Position numbers and translations under genes: made by a program
Shown: positions 47,047-55,869 of the stretch, piece after piece
Numbering within the stretch: position 1 is the stretch's first letter
How the letters are laid out: every line of letters begins with the position of its first letter
Origin: a virus
Reading direction: 5' to 3' (one strand)
Length of the DNA: 64,000 nucleotides
Virus record (IMG/VR): IMGVR_UViG_3300008262_000149
Span: 6,309 to 70,308 of that record
The notes under the pieces: model-generated
The model's database searches: none
Seen by the model: only the letters and a program-made list of their open reading frames with translations
What the model was told of the DNA's origin: nothing

Positions 47047-47648
47047 TTTACCGTCTTTATCGATCCATCAGGGTTTACAAAATATGCTTCAAACTTAATG
47101 TTTGGATATTCTTTTTGCAGCGAAAGAAATGCATGAAGATTGCTAGGAGCATCATCAAACAATCTCAGCTTAACGTAGTTCTTTGTATTTATATACTTGC
47201 GGAAGATGATCTTCTTAGCTTCTGCCGAAGAGTCGATCTTCAAGTTACCAGCGCGCTCAACGTGAATCTGATCAATCGGAAGACCATGATCACGAAACGT
47301 CTGAAGGAAGAGATCCTTGTTATCAAAGTCAGCCCGTGCAGTGCAGATGATTACCCGGCTGTGAGGATTCTTCTTCGAGTTGGCAAAGATCGCTTTCGCC
47401 TTTGCAACCATACGAGAGATTGGAGTCGAGGTCTTGCGAAATACCTCTGCGCTCGCAAACTCTCCGAAGTCGTAGGTCTCGCCTTCCTTACGCTTGTAGG
47501 TGTTAAACTCCTGGTTATCCAACATTCGAACAACCTTGCCATCCTTTACGACAGCAACCTTTGCCTTCGTATGGAAGAGTGTCTCATCGATATCGAATAT
47601 CGTGAGCGTACCAGAACCAACAAACTCTCTAAACCTTTTCTTGATCAT
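47043..47648 (-). CDS. HAD-family phosphatase (polynucleotide 3'-phosphatase-like)
   Basis: DxDxT motif IFDIDETLFH; likely leaderless mRNA from the adjacent promoter. Confidence 0.55.
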   Translation of the reverse strand: MIKKRFREFVGSGTLTIFDIDETLFHTKAKVAVVKDGKVVRMLDNQEFNTYKRKEGETYDFGEFASAEVFRKTSTPISRMVAKAKAIFANSKKNPHSRVIICTARADFDNKDLFLQTFRDHGLPIDQIHVERAGNLKIDSSAEAKKIIFRKYINTKNYVKLRLFDDAPSNLHAFLSLQKEYPNIKFEAYFVNPDGSIKTVK

Positions 47649-47653
47649 GGTTT

Positions 47654-47682
47654 ACCCTACAACGTTTTTGAAAAAATGTACA
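47654..47682 (-). promoter_or_regulatory. early promoter TGTACA-N17-TAGGGT, 5 nt before the ATG (leaderless mRNA predicted)
   Basis: repeated promoter family. Confidence 0.45.
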
Positions 47683-48432
47683 CTATAAAAAACATGCCAG
47701 GTTCAATTTTTTTTCGATAATATTGACTGTTTTCCCATCAACCGGAGCGATATTAAATGGAGATTTAGAATTTGTTGGAATACTAAACTGCATCTCAAAA
47801 GTGAATTGATAATTGCCACCACCTTTATATTGGACGCGCGCTCTGTATGTAGCATTTGCAGCGGTTCCAAACCGTGGAATGCCTTTTAACTTTAAGGGGT
47901 TCTTAGATCCCATTAAATAGAACCCGTGGGTTCCAACATTTACATAATATGTTTTTTTCTTTATATAATACTCTTCAATTTTTGATGCTGGAATAGAGCC
48001 TTTAATATCTTTAAAGAGAACTTTATCACGCTCATACATTTCTCTATTTGACATATTACCAAAAAAAGCTTTCCATTCATCATCTTTGTCGCGTTTTGCC
48101 GGTTTGTCTTTCCAGTTTTCTTTAATAATATCAAATATGCCGACTTCTTCTGCTAATTCTTTAATAAAGAGTTTTTCATCTTCAGTAGATTTGATGTCTC
48201 CAAATTTCCACGGATTAATTTTATCTTTTGAATCGTATTTAATTACTAGAGACCCAGCAGAAGCTGCAGATATCTTAAGTTCACAACCAGCTTTTTGATT
48301 GCCTTTCATAATCATCAAATCTGGTTGGTCATGACCTGCTCCAGCAGGCCTAAAGTCTTTAGGAACAATCCCATATTTTTTTAATAAATTTGATGCATTG
48401 ATTTCGTATTGAAATCCTTGTTGGGCTGCCAT
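47683..48432 (-). CDS. PD-(D/E)xK-like nuclease (putative)
   Basis: DQPDLMIMKGNQKAGCELK fits a PD...ExK pattern. Confidence 0.35.
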   Translation of the reverse strand: MAAQQGFQYEINASNLLKKYGIVPKDFRPAGAGHDQPDLMIMKGNQKAGCELKISAASAGSLVIKYDSKDKINPWKFGDIKSTEDEKLFIKELAEEVGIFDIIKENWKDKPAKRDKDDEWKAFFGNMSNREMYERDKVLFKDIKGSIPASKIEEYYIKKKTYYVNVGTHGFYLMGSKNPLKLKGIPRFGTAANATYRARVQYKGGGNYQFTFEMQFSIPTNSKSPFNIAPVDGKTVNIIEKKLNLACFL

Positions 48433-48517
48433 AAAAAACTCCTTTGGTCTATTTATGAGACAAAAGAAAACCGGCCCGAGTATTGCTACTGGGCCGGCCG
48501 TGTTATTCTTATTTATA

Positions 48518-49072
48518 CTAAGCAGCTATAAACCACTCTGGAATCGGACGTTTTGTCCAGACCATCCTGAAGCGATCTTGCTTGGTCCGATAAAACTTGC
48601 GGTATGAACCTACGATGTCACGATAGTCCATACACTCTGGGTTCGACTTCATAGCCAGCGGTTGTGGAGTCTTGTAACCGATCGGGATGTTTAGCGGAGG
48701 ACTCTTGAGAACCTCACGAAGCAACTTATCGGTTCCATGGACCTTGCCATAACGGTACGTATACTCGTCACACAGAGCTACAAAGTGGACATAGTGCCAG
48801 TTGTAGTTGTTGTTGCTCTCAGCGGTCCAGACCGTGCAAGGATGATGCATGTGCACAGCGCGGTACAAAACATCCTCACGGCTATCTGGCAGGGTCCATG
48901 CCTTGGACATGGTCTTGCCAGACTTTGATGGCACACGAGTTTCTACGCCGTCAAGCATACGATGAACCGTCGAGAGCATCTGAGCCGACTCGACGATCAT
49001 CTTCACCACATGCTTATCACACTGCAGCTGAGCAGCTTTGATTGGACATGTATCGAGAATAAACAGATTCAT
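48518..49072 (-). CDS. hypothetical protein
   Basis: 184 aa; AAGGTG ribosome-binding site. Confidence 0.4.
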   Translation of the reverse strand: MNLFILDTCPIKAAQLQCDKHVVKMIVESAQMLSTVHRMLDGVETRVPSKSGKTMSKAWTLPDSREDVLYRAVHMHHPCTVWTAESNNNYNWHYVHFVALCDEYTYRYGKVHGTDKLLREVLKSPPLNIPIGYKTPQPLAMKSNPECMDYRDIVGSYRKFYRTKQDRFRMVWTKRPIPEWFIAA

Positions 49073-49328
49073 TATTCACCTTGTGTACAAATTTAAATTT
49101 CTGCTCGTCGTTCCATCCCTGAAGATATTCATTATCCTCATCGAAGAGTCGAAGATACTCTGCGTCATCGATCTCGCGAGTAGAAGTAATCATCTCATCG
49201 ATATGCAACTGAGAAAACTCGCCGGCTTCGTTCATCGATACGGTATCTTTAGCATGCTCTGGGCTATCGCACTCGACTACGTAGCGCATACGAAACATGC
49301 TGATAGCTTCAACAAGATACTTAGCCAT
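49017..49328 (-). CDS. hypothetical acidic protein
   Basis: AGGAAATTACAAATG ribosome-binding site. Confidence 0.3.
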   Translation of the reverse strand: MAKYLVEAISMFRMRYVVECDSPEHAKDTVSMNEAGEFSQLHIDEMITSTREIDDAEYLRLFDEDNEYLQGWNDEQKFKFVHKVNNESVYSRYMSNQSCSAAV

Positions 49329-49542
49329 TTGTAATTTCCTGAAACTCGGTTTCACCGAGACACGTGGCATAATTCCACTGTCTGTCACAAACATGGCACG
49401 ATACCATTCCAGAAGTTACATTCCGATCCGGATTGAGATTGACACCGTGTTTGTCGTAGACAGGAGGATAGTATGTACACGTAGTCATACCTATGCCGAC
49501 ATTAAACCGGCATTCACCTTCACACCTAGGATCAGGGTTCAA
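49321..49542 (-). CDS. Cys-rich small protein
   Basis: 73 aa. Confidence 0.3.
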   Translation of the reverse strand: MNPDPRCEGECRFNVGIGMTTCTYYPPVYDKHGVNLNPDRNVTSGMVSCHVCDRQWNYATCLGETEFQEITNG

Positions 49543-49771
49543 GGCCCATATCCTCCAGTTGATCTGGGGTTGCGTACCACTTCAGAATGAGCTCAAGAGC
49601 ATCAATATGCTTCTGAATGAGTTCATCGTCTTGCTCAGGATCACCCCATGCAAAGACATTATTGCCAGCACCGAGATCGTCCTTCAGGTTTTCCCATGTT
49701 TCGCGAAGTTGACCAACAACAATGTTATCAACGGTTTCCCAGTTTAGTTCTACAGTAATTTTTCTAGACAT
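49532..49771 (-). CDS. hypothetical acidic protein
   Basis: 79 aa. Confidence 0.3.
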   Translation of the reverse strand: MSRKITVELNWETVDNIVVGQLRETWENLKDDLGAGNNVFAWGDPEQDDELIQKHIDALELILKWYATPDQLEDMGLEP

Positions 49772-49859
49772 ATCAAATATCCTTCAAACGATTCTTAGCT
49801 TCTTCCAACTGCTTTTCGAGATCACTGATAACAGACTTCAGATCATCCTTCTCTTTGTT

Positions 49860-50405
49860 TTAAAAGGGTGTAAACTTCTTAATTAGATTGCGAACGACAA
49901 CATCAAAACCGTCTTTGAGGTCTTCAATTGCAATATCTTTACCATCAACATTCAGCTCGTAACCGGCTTCATTACGACTACGGTATCCAGTGAGAGTGTT
50001 ACCATTATAGATGAAAGAAAACCAATCATCATTCGATTGAATGTCAGCGTTACCAGAGACCCAAGCGTTACCAGAGACCCAAGCGTTACCAGAGACCCAA
50101 GCGTTACCAGAGACCAAAGCGTCACCAGAGACCTCAGCGTCACCATAGACCCAAGCGTTACCAGAGACCCTAGCGTTACCAGAGACCAAAGCGTCACCAT
50201 AGACCCAAGCGTTACCAGAGACCCTAGCGTTACCAGAGACCAAAGCGTCACCAGAGACCCAAGCGTTACCAGAGACCCTAGCGTTACCAGAGACCAAAGC
50301 GTCACCAGAGACCCTAGCGTTACCAGAGACCAAAGCGTTACCAGAGACCTCAGCGTTACCAGAGACCTCAGCGTTATCCAAAATATTTTTCATATCAAAC
50401 TCCAT
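49860..50405 (-). CDS. hexapeptide-repeat (left-handed beta-helix-like) protein with C-terminal globular domain
   Basis: About 20 tandem copies of the 6-residue unit xVSGNA. Confidence 0.55.
   Translation of the reverse strand: MEFDMKNILDNAEVSGNAEVSGNALVSGNARVSGDALVSGNARVSGNAWVSGDALVSGNARVSGNAWVYGDALVSGNARVSGNAWVYGDAEVSGDALVSGNAWVSGNAWVSGNAWVSGNADIQSNDDWFSFIYNGNTLTGYRSRNEAGYELNVDGKDIAIEDLKDGFDVVVRNLIKKFTPF
50037..50390. repeat. in-frame tandem DNA repeat (18-nt unit gcgttaccagagacccaa and variants)
   Basis: Directly visible in the sequence. Confidence 0.8.
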
Positions 50406-50455
50406 TCGTTATATTTTCAATATAACTCATTTTCACAATAAAGTAAACAGAAAAA

Positions 50456-50755
50456 TCACCACTCCGGCCCAAAAGTTTTATCAGTGCGTTCGTAAACTTG
50501 AAACCAATCACATCCATATGCTGGACAGATATGGATTCTCTCAGGAAGGTTATTCTTATCCTTCTCTCCACCTTCACCACAGATGAAGTAGATCTCACCG
50601 AGCTTTTCAGCCATTACCTCGTGCTTGAGGATAACACTTAGCTTGCGTAGGTTCTTCAATTCGCCTTCGAAGGCTTCTACCTCAAGATTCATCGGCGGTA
50701 TCCTCTGGTTTTCCATAGTGAAAGCCCCTTTCATCTTGATAACCTTCTGGCGCAA
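50456..50755 (-). CDS. hypothetical protein
   Basis: 99 aa. Confidence 0.3.
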   Translation of the reverse strand: MRQKVIKMKGAFTMENQRIPPMNLEVEAFEGELKNLRKLSVILKHEVMAEKLGEIYFICGEGGEKDKNNLPERIHICPAYGCDWFQVYERTDKTFGPEW

Positions 50756-50824
50756 AGAATGCCAATAAACTCAGTACTACGAATGAAAGAGCACTGGCTA
50801 GTAGCCATATAGCAATCCACGACA

Positions 50825-51226
50825 TCACACCACCTTTTTATAACGATTGACAGTGCCGTCAGGTTCAACTACCATGACCTCATCTAGATCTTTGTTGTAG
50901 GCCATAATTCGTTGTTCTCCTTCAGCAATTACACGATCCCTCATGCGAAGGGCACGAAGCACAGCATTGGCAATACCAAACTTATTACGATTGGTTTCAA
51001 TAGCATGCTCTACAGCATCAGCACATTCCTGATAGACAACATCGGGAATGTCCCAACTCACATCAATATATGACTTATCAGTAATACCACGACCTACTCT
51101 GCGTAGATAATCCTGGCCTCCATCAACAGCAATGTTTCCACACTTGCACTCTACATAGCTATGACGATGCGCTGAAAAAATAAAGTCGTCACACTTGTTG
51201 CAAATCACAGCATTCTGTACAATCAT
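50825..51226 (-). CDS. zinc-ribbon protein
   Basis: CNKC...CKC pairs. Confidence 0.35.
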   Translation of the reverse strand: MIVQNAVICNKCDDFIFSAHRHSYVECKCGNIAVDGGQDYLRRVGRGITDKSYIDVSWDIPDVVYQECADAVEHAIETNRNKFGIANAVLRALRMRDRVIAEGEQRIMAYNKDLDEVMVVEPDGTVNRYKKVV

Positions 51227-51465
51227 GCCACTAACCTTTCATGAACCATTCGAATATGCTTGCACTTGCCATGGAAGTTGAAGCCGGTGCAATTGCAGAC
51301 CCATCCACGGTCAGTCATGGTAGTGTGGTAGGTCTTGCCTTGAGAATTTGTGTACGGCCACGAAAAGCCGACAAGATGATGATCCTCGCTGAAGTTGATA
51401 CCATCAAGCTTCAGAGGAGTCTTGAACGGATTGACGCCATAGGTCTCCATCAGACGAACACCCAT
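51223..51465 (-). CDS. SWIM zinc-finger protein
   Basis: CNCTGFNFHGKCKH. Confidence 0.4.
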   Translation of the reverse strand: MGVRLMETYGVNPFKTPLKLDGINFSEDHHLVGFSWPYTNSQGKTYHTTMTDRGWVCNCTGFNFHGKCKHIRMVHERLVA

Positions 51466-51617
51466 CCGCCAATTGGACTGTATGTCATAACGGTTTCATC
51501 AAACTCGTTATAGACAGTCGATTCGAAACCAGCCTTCTCGGCAGCTTCCATTGCGTCATAAAGACTCGGGCCTTCATAGACCGAGTAGCCGAAGTTGTTG
51601 AGATATGTCTTAACCAT
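51450..51617 (-). CDS. small hypothetical protein (leaderless mRNA predicted)
   Basis: 55 aa; TAGGGT -10 element 5 nt before the ATG. Confidence 0.3.
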   Translation of the reverse strand: MVKTYLNNFGYSVYEGPSLYDAMEAAEKAGFESTVYNEFDETVMTYSPIGGWVFV

Positions 51618-51622
51618 GATTC

Positions 51623-51651
51623 ACCCTACTATCATTTCGAATTAATGTACA
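51623..51651 (-). promoter_or_regulatory. early promoter TGTACA-N17-TAGGGT
   Basis: repeated promoter family. Confidence 0.45.
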
Positions 51652-51793
51652 CTGAAAAGTAGCGCGATCACGCATAAAAATATGAATCCAATCATAGCAA
51701 ACCGGAAAATATACTTGGCGGACTTGAACCCGATCCAAAGAAAGAGGCCCAAGACCGCCAAGAGCGGCACTGATAAAAGAAGGAGAAGAAGAG

Positions 51794-52213
51794 TTAACAC
51801 CGCCTCTTACCAGTTGCCGGGTCGGCAGCATCAGACTTGGAAAGGACAACAAGTCCGCCCTTGTTATAGGCTTGGCCGACAATATAATTGCTACTCACCT
51901 CGAGCTTTGCACGCTCGTAGGCAAGATCCTTTGTGAAGTGCGGGCCAATCTCATTCTGAGACTGATACTTCTGGCGATGATCTGAGACCTTATAGTCTGG
52001 CATCTGAGTACCACGAAGCTTGGGCTTGTAGTTACCCTTGCGATACTGAATATACTCATCAAAGGTCTTGGCCTTGATACCAAGTCGCTTGCACTGTCGC
52101 TTATGGTCAAGCCAGTCCATAGCCATCTTGGTATGCGCTGCAGTCGTAACCTTTTTGCCACGCTTGCCAGTACGAGTAGTAGTGTAAGCAGGACCTAAAA
52201 GATGCATTGTCAT
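51794..52213 (-). CDS. hypothetical basic protein
   Basis: 139 aa. Confidence 0.35.
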   Translation of the reverse strand: MTMHLLGPAYTTTRTGKRGKKVTTAAHTKMAMDWLDHKRQCKRLGIKAKTFDEYIQYRKGNYKPKLRGTQMPDYKVSDHRQKYQSQNEIGPHFTKDLAYERAKLEVSSNYIVGQAYNKGGLVVLSKSDAADPATGKRRC

Positions 52214-52232
52214 AATGTAACCTCCAGATCCT

Positions 52233-52261
52233 GCTATACACCGTCATTCAATTAATGTACA
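52233..52261 (-). promoter_or_regulatory. early promoter TGTACA-N17-TATAGC
   Basis: repeated promoter family. Confidence 0.35.
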
Positions 52262-52268
52262 TCGCTAA

Positions 52269-53087
52269 TTACTTACCGACGTTCACGATACCCTTGAAGT
52301 CATAAGGAACAACAACGGTCTGAACCTTGCCGGCCTTCACGCCTTCGGCGATATCCTGCAGGGCCATAGCAGCCATGTACTCGGTAGCACCGCGGTTAGC
52401 ATTCAGAGCAGCAATACGCTGTGCTTCCAGCTTAGCAGTCTGGACTTCAACTTCCTTACGCTTCTGTTCGTTCTGAGCCTGAACCAGCGCATTAGCCGAT
52501 GCTACGATGTTACCAGCCGGTTTGATCTGACGGACAAGAACCTGCGACAGCGTAATGGATCCATCAAGCTTTTCAGCAGCCAGCTGGCTAACGATTTCCT
52601 GACGGATCAGCTGTTCCATCTCTGCACGATTGTCAGCCATCTTCAGCGACTCGTACTTACGAGCAACCTTATAAGCAGCATTACGACCAAGCTGACGAAT
52701 GTAGTTGTACATCAGCAGAGTGTCGCCTTCCTCGGTGTCAGCGTGGAAGCCACGGTTCTTCTCGATGAAGAGCTCGGCAACCGAGGTTGGATTGATCGAG
52801 TAGATCACAGCCATGTCGAAGTCGGCAACGGTCGAGTTATCCGAAGCCAGAGGAGTCAAATCAGTAATATCAACCTGAACATCCTTGGTTGGGAAAGTCA
52901 TAACATCACCGAAGATCGTCTGGTTCACAGAACCAGGCATCAGTTCCGTGGTTTCGATGGTCTTGTCGAATGCACGACGAACACCGACCTCACCGGTCTC
53001 AACTCGAGTACAAGCAGCAGTCGTAGCCAGCAGACCAGCGAGCACAGCAACCTTAGCATAACGATTCATTATATTCATTCCTTTCAA
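52269..53087 (-). CDS. SPFH/band-7 (stomatin/prohibitin-like) lipoprotein
   Basis: Signal peptide with LLATTAAC, then a band-7 domain and a coiled-coil. Confidence 0.5.
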   Translation of the reverse strand: MKGMNIMNRYAKVAVLAGLLATTAACTRVETGEVGVRRAFDKTIETTELMPGSVNQTIFGDVMTFPTKDVQVDITDLTPLASDNSTVADFDMAVIYSINPTSVAELFIEKNRGFHADTEEGDTLLMYNYIRQLGRNAAYKVARKYESLKMADNRAEMEQLIRQEIVSQLAAEKLDGSITLSQVLVRQIKPAGNIVASANALVQAQNEQKRKEVEVQTAKLEAQRIAALNANRGATEYMAAMALQDIAEGVKAGKVQTVVVPYDFKGIVNVGK

Positions 53088-53263
53088 TTAAAGTAAGATA
53101 ACAATAGATGCAACAATCAAGATTGCCAAGGTGGCACAAGCTAAACTATACCCCAGCACCTTGGCAAGCTGGAGCTTTTCTCGACCACTTGCAGCAATGA
53201 ATCCCTGGATACCCAGAAACACCATTGCAAAGATGGCCAGAAATGCAATAATCATTTTACTCA

Positions 53264-53890
53264 TTAGTTAGGTCCACTTCCATTTCCCCAGGCATCAACT
53301 GGACCTTCATATCCAGTCTCTGCCCAACGCTTAGCAATACGAGCATCTACTTCTTCAAACGACAGAGGTTCGTAGTTGGTATGCTCGACCGAGACACACA
53401 GGTAACGAGGATCAGGCATCTCTGTATCCTCGGCATATCCATGCTTCCACCAGCCCATCACCTCGTTCGCATGCAGGTGACCATGAACGTTCACCTTGAA
53501 ACGATGTGTGATACAATCTGGGTGCAGAGGAATATGACTCAGGATGAACTGGTCGGTGAACACACGAACACCATACAGCGATTCGAAACCAACCTCGTAG
53601 TAGTCCTTATCACGAAAGATATCGTGGTTGCCACGAACCAGACGCTTCTTGCCGTTCAGTCGCTTCACCAGATGAAGGTACTTACGGTTGATAACAACAT
53701 CACCTAGGTGGTAAACAACATCGTTCGGCTTGACCTTCGCGTTCCAGCGCTCGATCATAGTCTCATCCATCTCTTCGTTAGAGGTGAATGGACGCAGAGG
53801 ACTACCATCTGGCAGCTTGAACTTTTCCCACGAATTGGTATGTCCGAAGTGTGTATCGGAGATAACAAAACGATTCACAGAATTAGTCAT
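53264..53890 (-). CDS. calcineurin-like metallophosphoesterase
   Basis: ISDTHFGH, GDVV, GNHD motifs. Confidence 0.6.
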   Translation of the reverse strand: MTNSVNRFVISDTHFGHTNSWEKFKLPDGSPLRPFTSNEEMDETMIERWNAKVKPNDVVYHLGDVVINRKYLHLVKRLNGKKRLVRGNHDIFRDKDYYEVGFESLYGVRVFTDQFILSHIPLHPDCITHRFKVNVHGHLHANEVMGWWKHGYAEDTEMPDPRYLCVSVEHTNYEPLSFEEVDARIAKRWAETGYEGPVDAWGNGSGPN

Positions 53891-54119
53891 CGTAACATTC
53901 TTCCAGTTTATCATTTGCAAACATAACCAGCACATGCGCCAGATCCAGCGCCTGCTCCTTGGTCAGCTGGGTATACCAGTAGCCAAAGTCGTAGCGATCT
54001 TTTTCGGATTCTGGTCTTGGAAAGGTGAGTTGGACGCAGCGGCCGTCGGGCCCGCCGAAGAAGCCGACCATCGACATCTTGCCAGTGCGGCATTGAACAG
54101 ATTTAAATTGAGTGCTCAT
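53883..54119 (-). CDS. hypothetical protein
   Basis: 78 aa. Confidence 0.3.
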   Translation of the reverse strand: MSTQFKSVQCRTGKMSMVGFFGGPDGRCVQLTFPRPESEKDRYDFGYWYTQLTKEQALDLAHVLVMFANDKLEECYDD

Positions 54120-54145
54120 ATGTTTTTCCCATTCCGTATAATCTA

Positions 54146-54174
54146 TATCTACACCGGAATGGGAAAAATGTACA
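54146..54174 (-). promoter_or_regulatory. early promoter TGTACA-N17-TAGATA
   Basis: repeated promoter family; flanked by a direct repeat GGAATGGGAAAAA. Confidence 0.35.
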
Positions 54175-54407
54175 CAAAAAAATTACTGTTGAAGCAACAT
54201 TTCGATCAATGGCTTCAGTTCATCAGCGTATTGTTGGCCAACGCTTGTGCTCAGGATTAGAACAGCAGCGCCGATTAGAGCAACCTTGATTGCTATAGAC
54301 TTGTATTTTGACATTTCTTCTTACCTGCCTTGGATTTGGGTTTACAAACGTCAGGGTGAAACATAGTGTCTCTCAGGTGTAATATTTATAAAACCATAAA
54401 TAGGAGC

Positions 54408-55439
54408 ATGACGACATGCATACTTATTCCTGCCCACAACGAGGAAGTTGTGTTGCAGAGCACGCTCAATTCTCTCTATGAAGTGGGATTCGATCCCACC
54501 ATTATTTATTGTGTCGACGACTTCTCTACAGACAAAACCTACGATATTTGTATTGAAAATAAAATAAATGTCTGTAGGACTCCAACCGGACTAGGAAAGG
54601 CCGGCGCACAGCAGTACGCCATTCAGCATTTCGAGCTGTGTGATAAATACAAATATGTAATCATGATAGATGCTGACACAAAAATAGATCAAAACTTTAA
54701 AGATGTTTTAACGTTGAATCTGCTACACTACAATGACGTAGATCTTTTTATTGGACAGGTTACGAGTTCTAAAGCAAATCATATCTACTCTGCGTATCGA
54801 ACTGTAGAATACACGTTCTCGCACGAGGTGGTTAAAAAGGGACAGGCAGCTTTCGGAGTTGTTTATGTTGCGCCTGGGTGCGTTTCAATATATTCAACCG
54901 ACATATTAAGACATTTGGAATTTGATTCTTCGGTGCTTACAGAAGATATGGATCTCACGTTACAGGTTCATAAGTTAGGCGGAAAGATCAAATACCTACA
55001 TGATGTGAAGGTGATTACGCAGGATCCGAGTACGTTCAAAGACTACCATAAACAGATGATGAGATGGTACGGTGGATTCTGGCAGGTCATTATGAAATAC
55101 GCCAACAGAAATAACAGGTTTAAGGGCGTTGATTTTTATCTGCTTTATTTGATATTAGATTCTTTGGTACTGAATAGACTCATCATGCTTTCTGCGAGCT
55201 TCATAGTACTTGGTCTAAAATCTATCTTATTGGTCTTGTTTATTGATATGTGCATATTTGCTCTCGCTGCAGTATATGCTTCATACAAAAATGATCGCAA
55301 TGATTTAATATATAAAGTTCCAGTTCTATATCTTTTGTCGTTTTTTAATACGTATGCTTACATAAAAAGTTTCTTTGACGTTATAGTGCTTCGAAAGAAA
55401 AAGAATAACTGGAACAAAGTTAAAAGATACGGAGAATGA
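54408..55439 (+). CDS. processive family-2 glycosyltransferase (PgaC/NodC/HAS-like) with C-terminal transmembrane helices
   Basis: CILIPAHNEE, DAD (IMIDADT) and Q-x-x-RW (KQMMRW) motifs; hydrophobic C-terminus. Confidence 0.6.
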   Translation: MTTCILIPAHNEEVVLQSTLNSLYEVGFDPTIIYCVDDFSTDKTYDICIENKINVCRTPTGLGKAGAQQYAIQHFELCDKYKYVIMIDADTKIDQNFKDVLTLNLLHYNDVDLFIGQVTSSKANHIYSAYRTVEYTFSHEVVKKGQAAFGVVYVAPGCVSIYSTDILRHLEFDSSVLTEDMDLTLQVHKLGGKIKYLHDVKVITQDPSTFKDYHKQMMRWYGGFWQVIMKYANRNNRFKGVDFYLLYLILDSLVLNRLIMLSASFIVLGLKSILLVLFIDMCIFALAAVYASYKNDRNDLIYKVPVLYLLSFFNTYAYIKSFFDVIVLRKKKNNWNKVKRYGE

Positions 55440-55440
55440 A

Positions 55441-55869
55441 ATGAAAAAGTATATACTGGGAAGCTTACTTGCTCTCGTCGTTCCTGCCACTGCACATGCT
55501 GAAGACAAAAACTTTCCAGGAAGCGCATGGGTAAACGTAACAGGTCCACATGTTTCTGGAGAAGAAAAAGGAAACTGGGTTCTATCCGGAAGAATAGAAC
55601 AAGACGCCGTTCTTACCGAGGTTGCAGACTGGAAACTCGCCGCAACAACCGGTATTGGATTTAGCACCGATACAAAAGGTTTTGAATGGAACAACAAAAT
55701 CGTTCCATCGGTAGGAGTGAAAGCAACTCGAGAAGCTTTTGGCGGTGTGATGAACGTGACCGTTCAGTATGCCTACGAGAGACGCTTTGGCAAACTATAC
55801 AAAACCGACGATCGCTCAGATGGCGGCGTGCAGGTTGTGGTTAACTACTGGACAGGTTGGGGAAGATGA
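55441..55869 (+). CDS. secreted beta-rich protein (signal peptide)
   Basis: Signal peptide MKKYILGSLLALVVPATAHA. Confidence 0.4.
   Translation: MKKYILGSLLALVVPATAHAEDKNFPGSAWVNVTGPHVSGEEKGNWVLSGRIEQDAVLTEVADWKLAATTGIGFSTDTKGFEWNNKIVPSVGVKATREAFGGVMNVTVQYAYERRFGKLYKTDDRSDGGVQVVVNYWTGWGR

Noticed and set aside
50037-50390. CRISPR-like array
   Set aside because: The repeats are contiguous with no spacers, and they are in-frame coding repeats of a hexapeptide protein.
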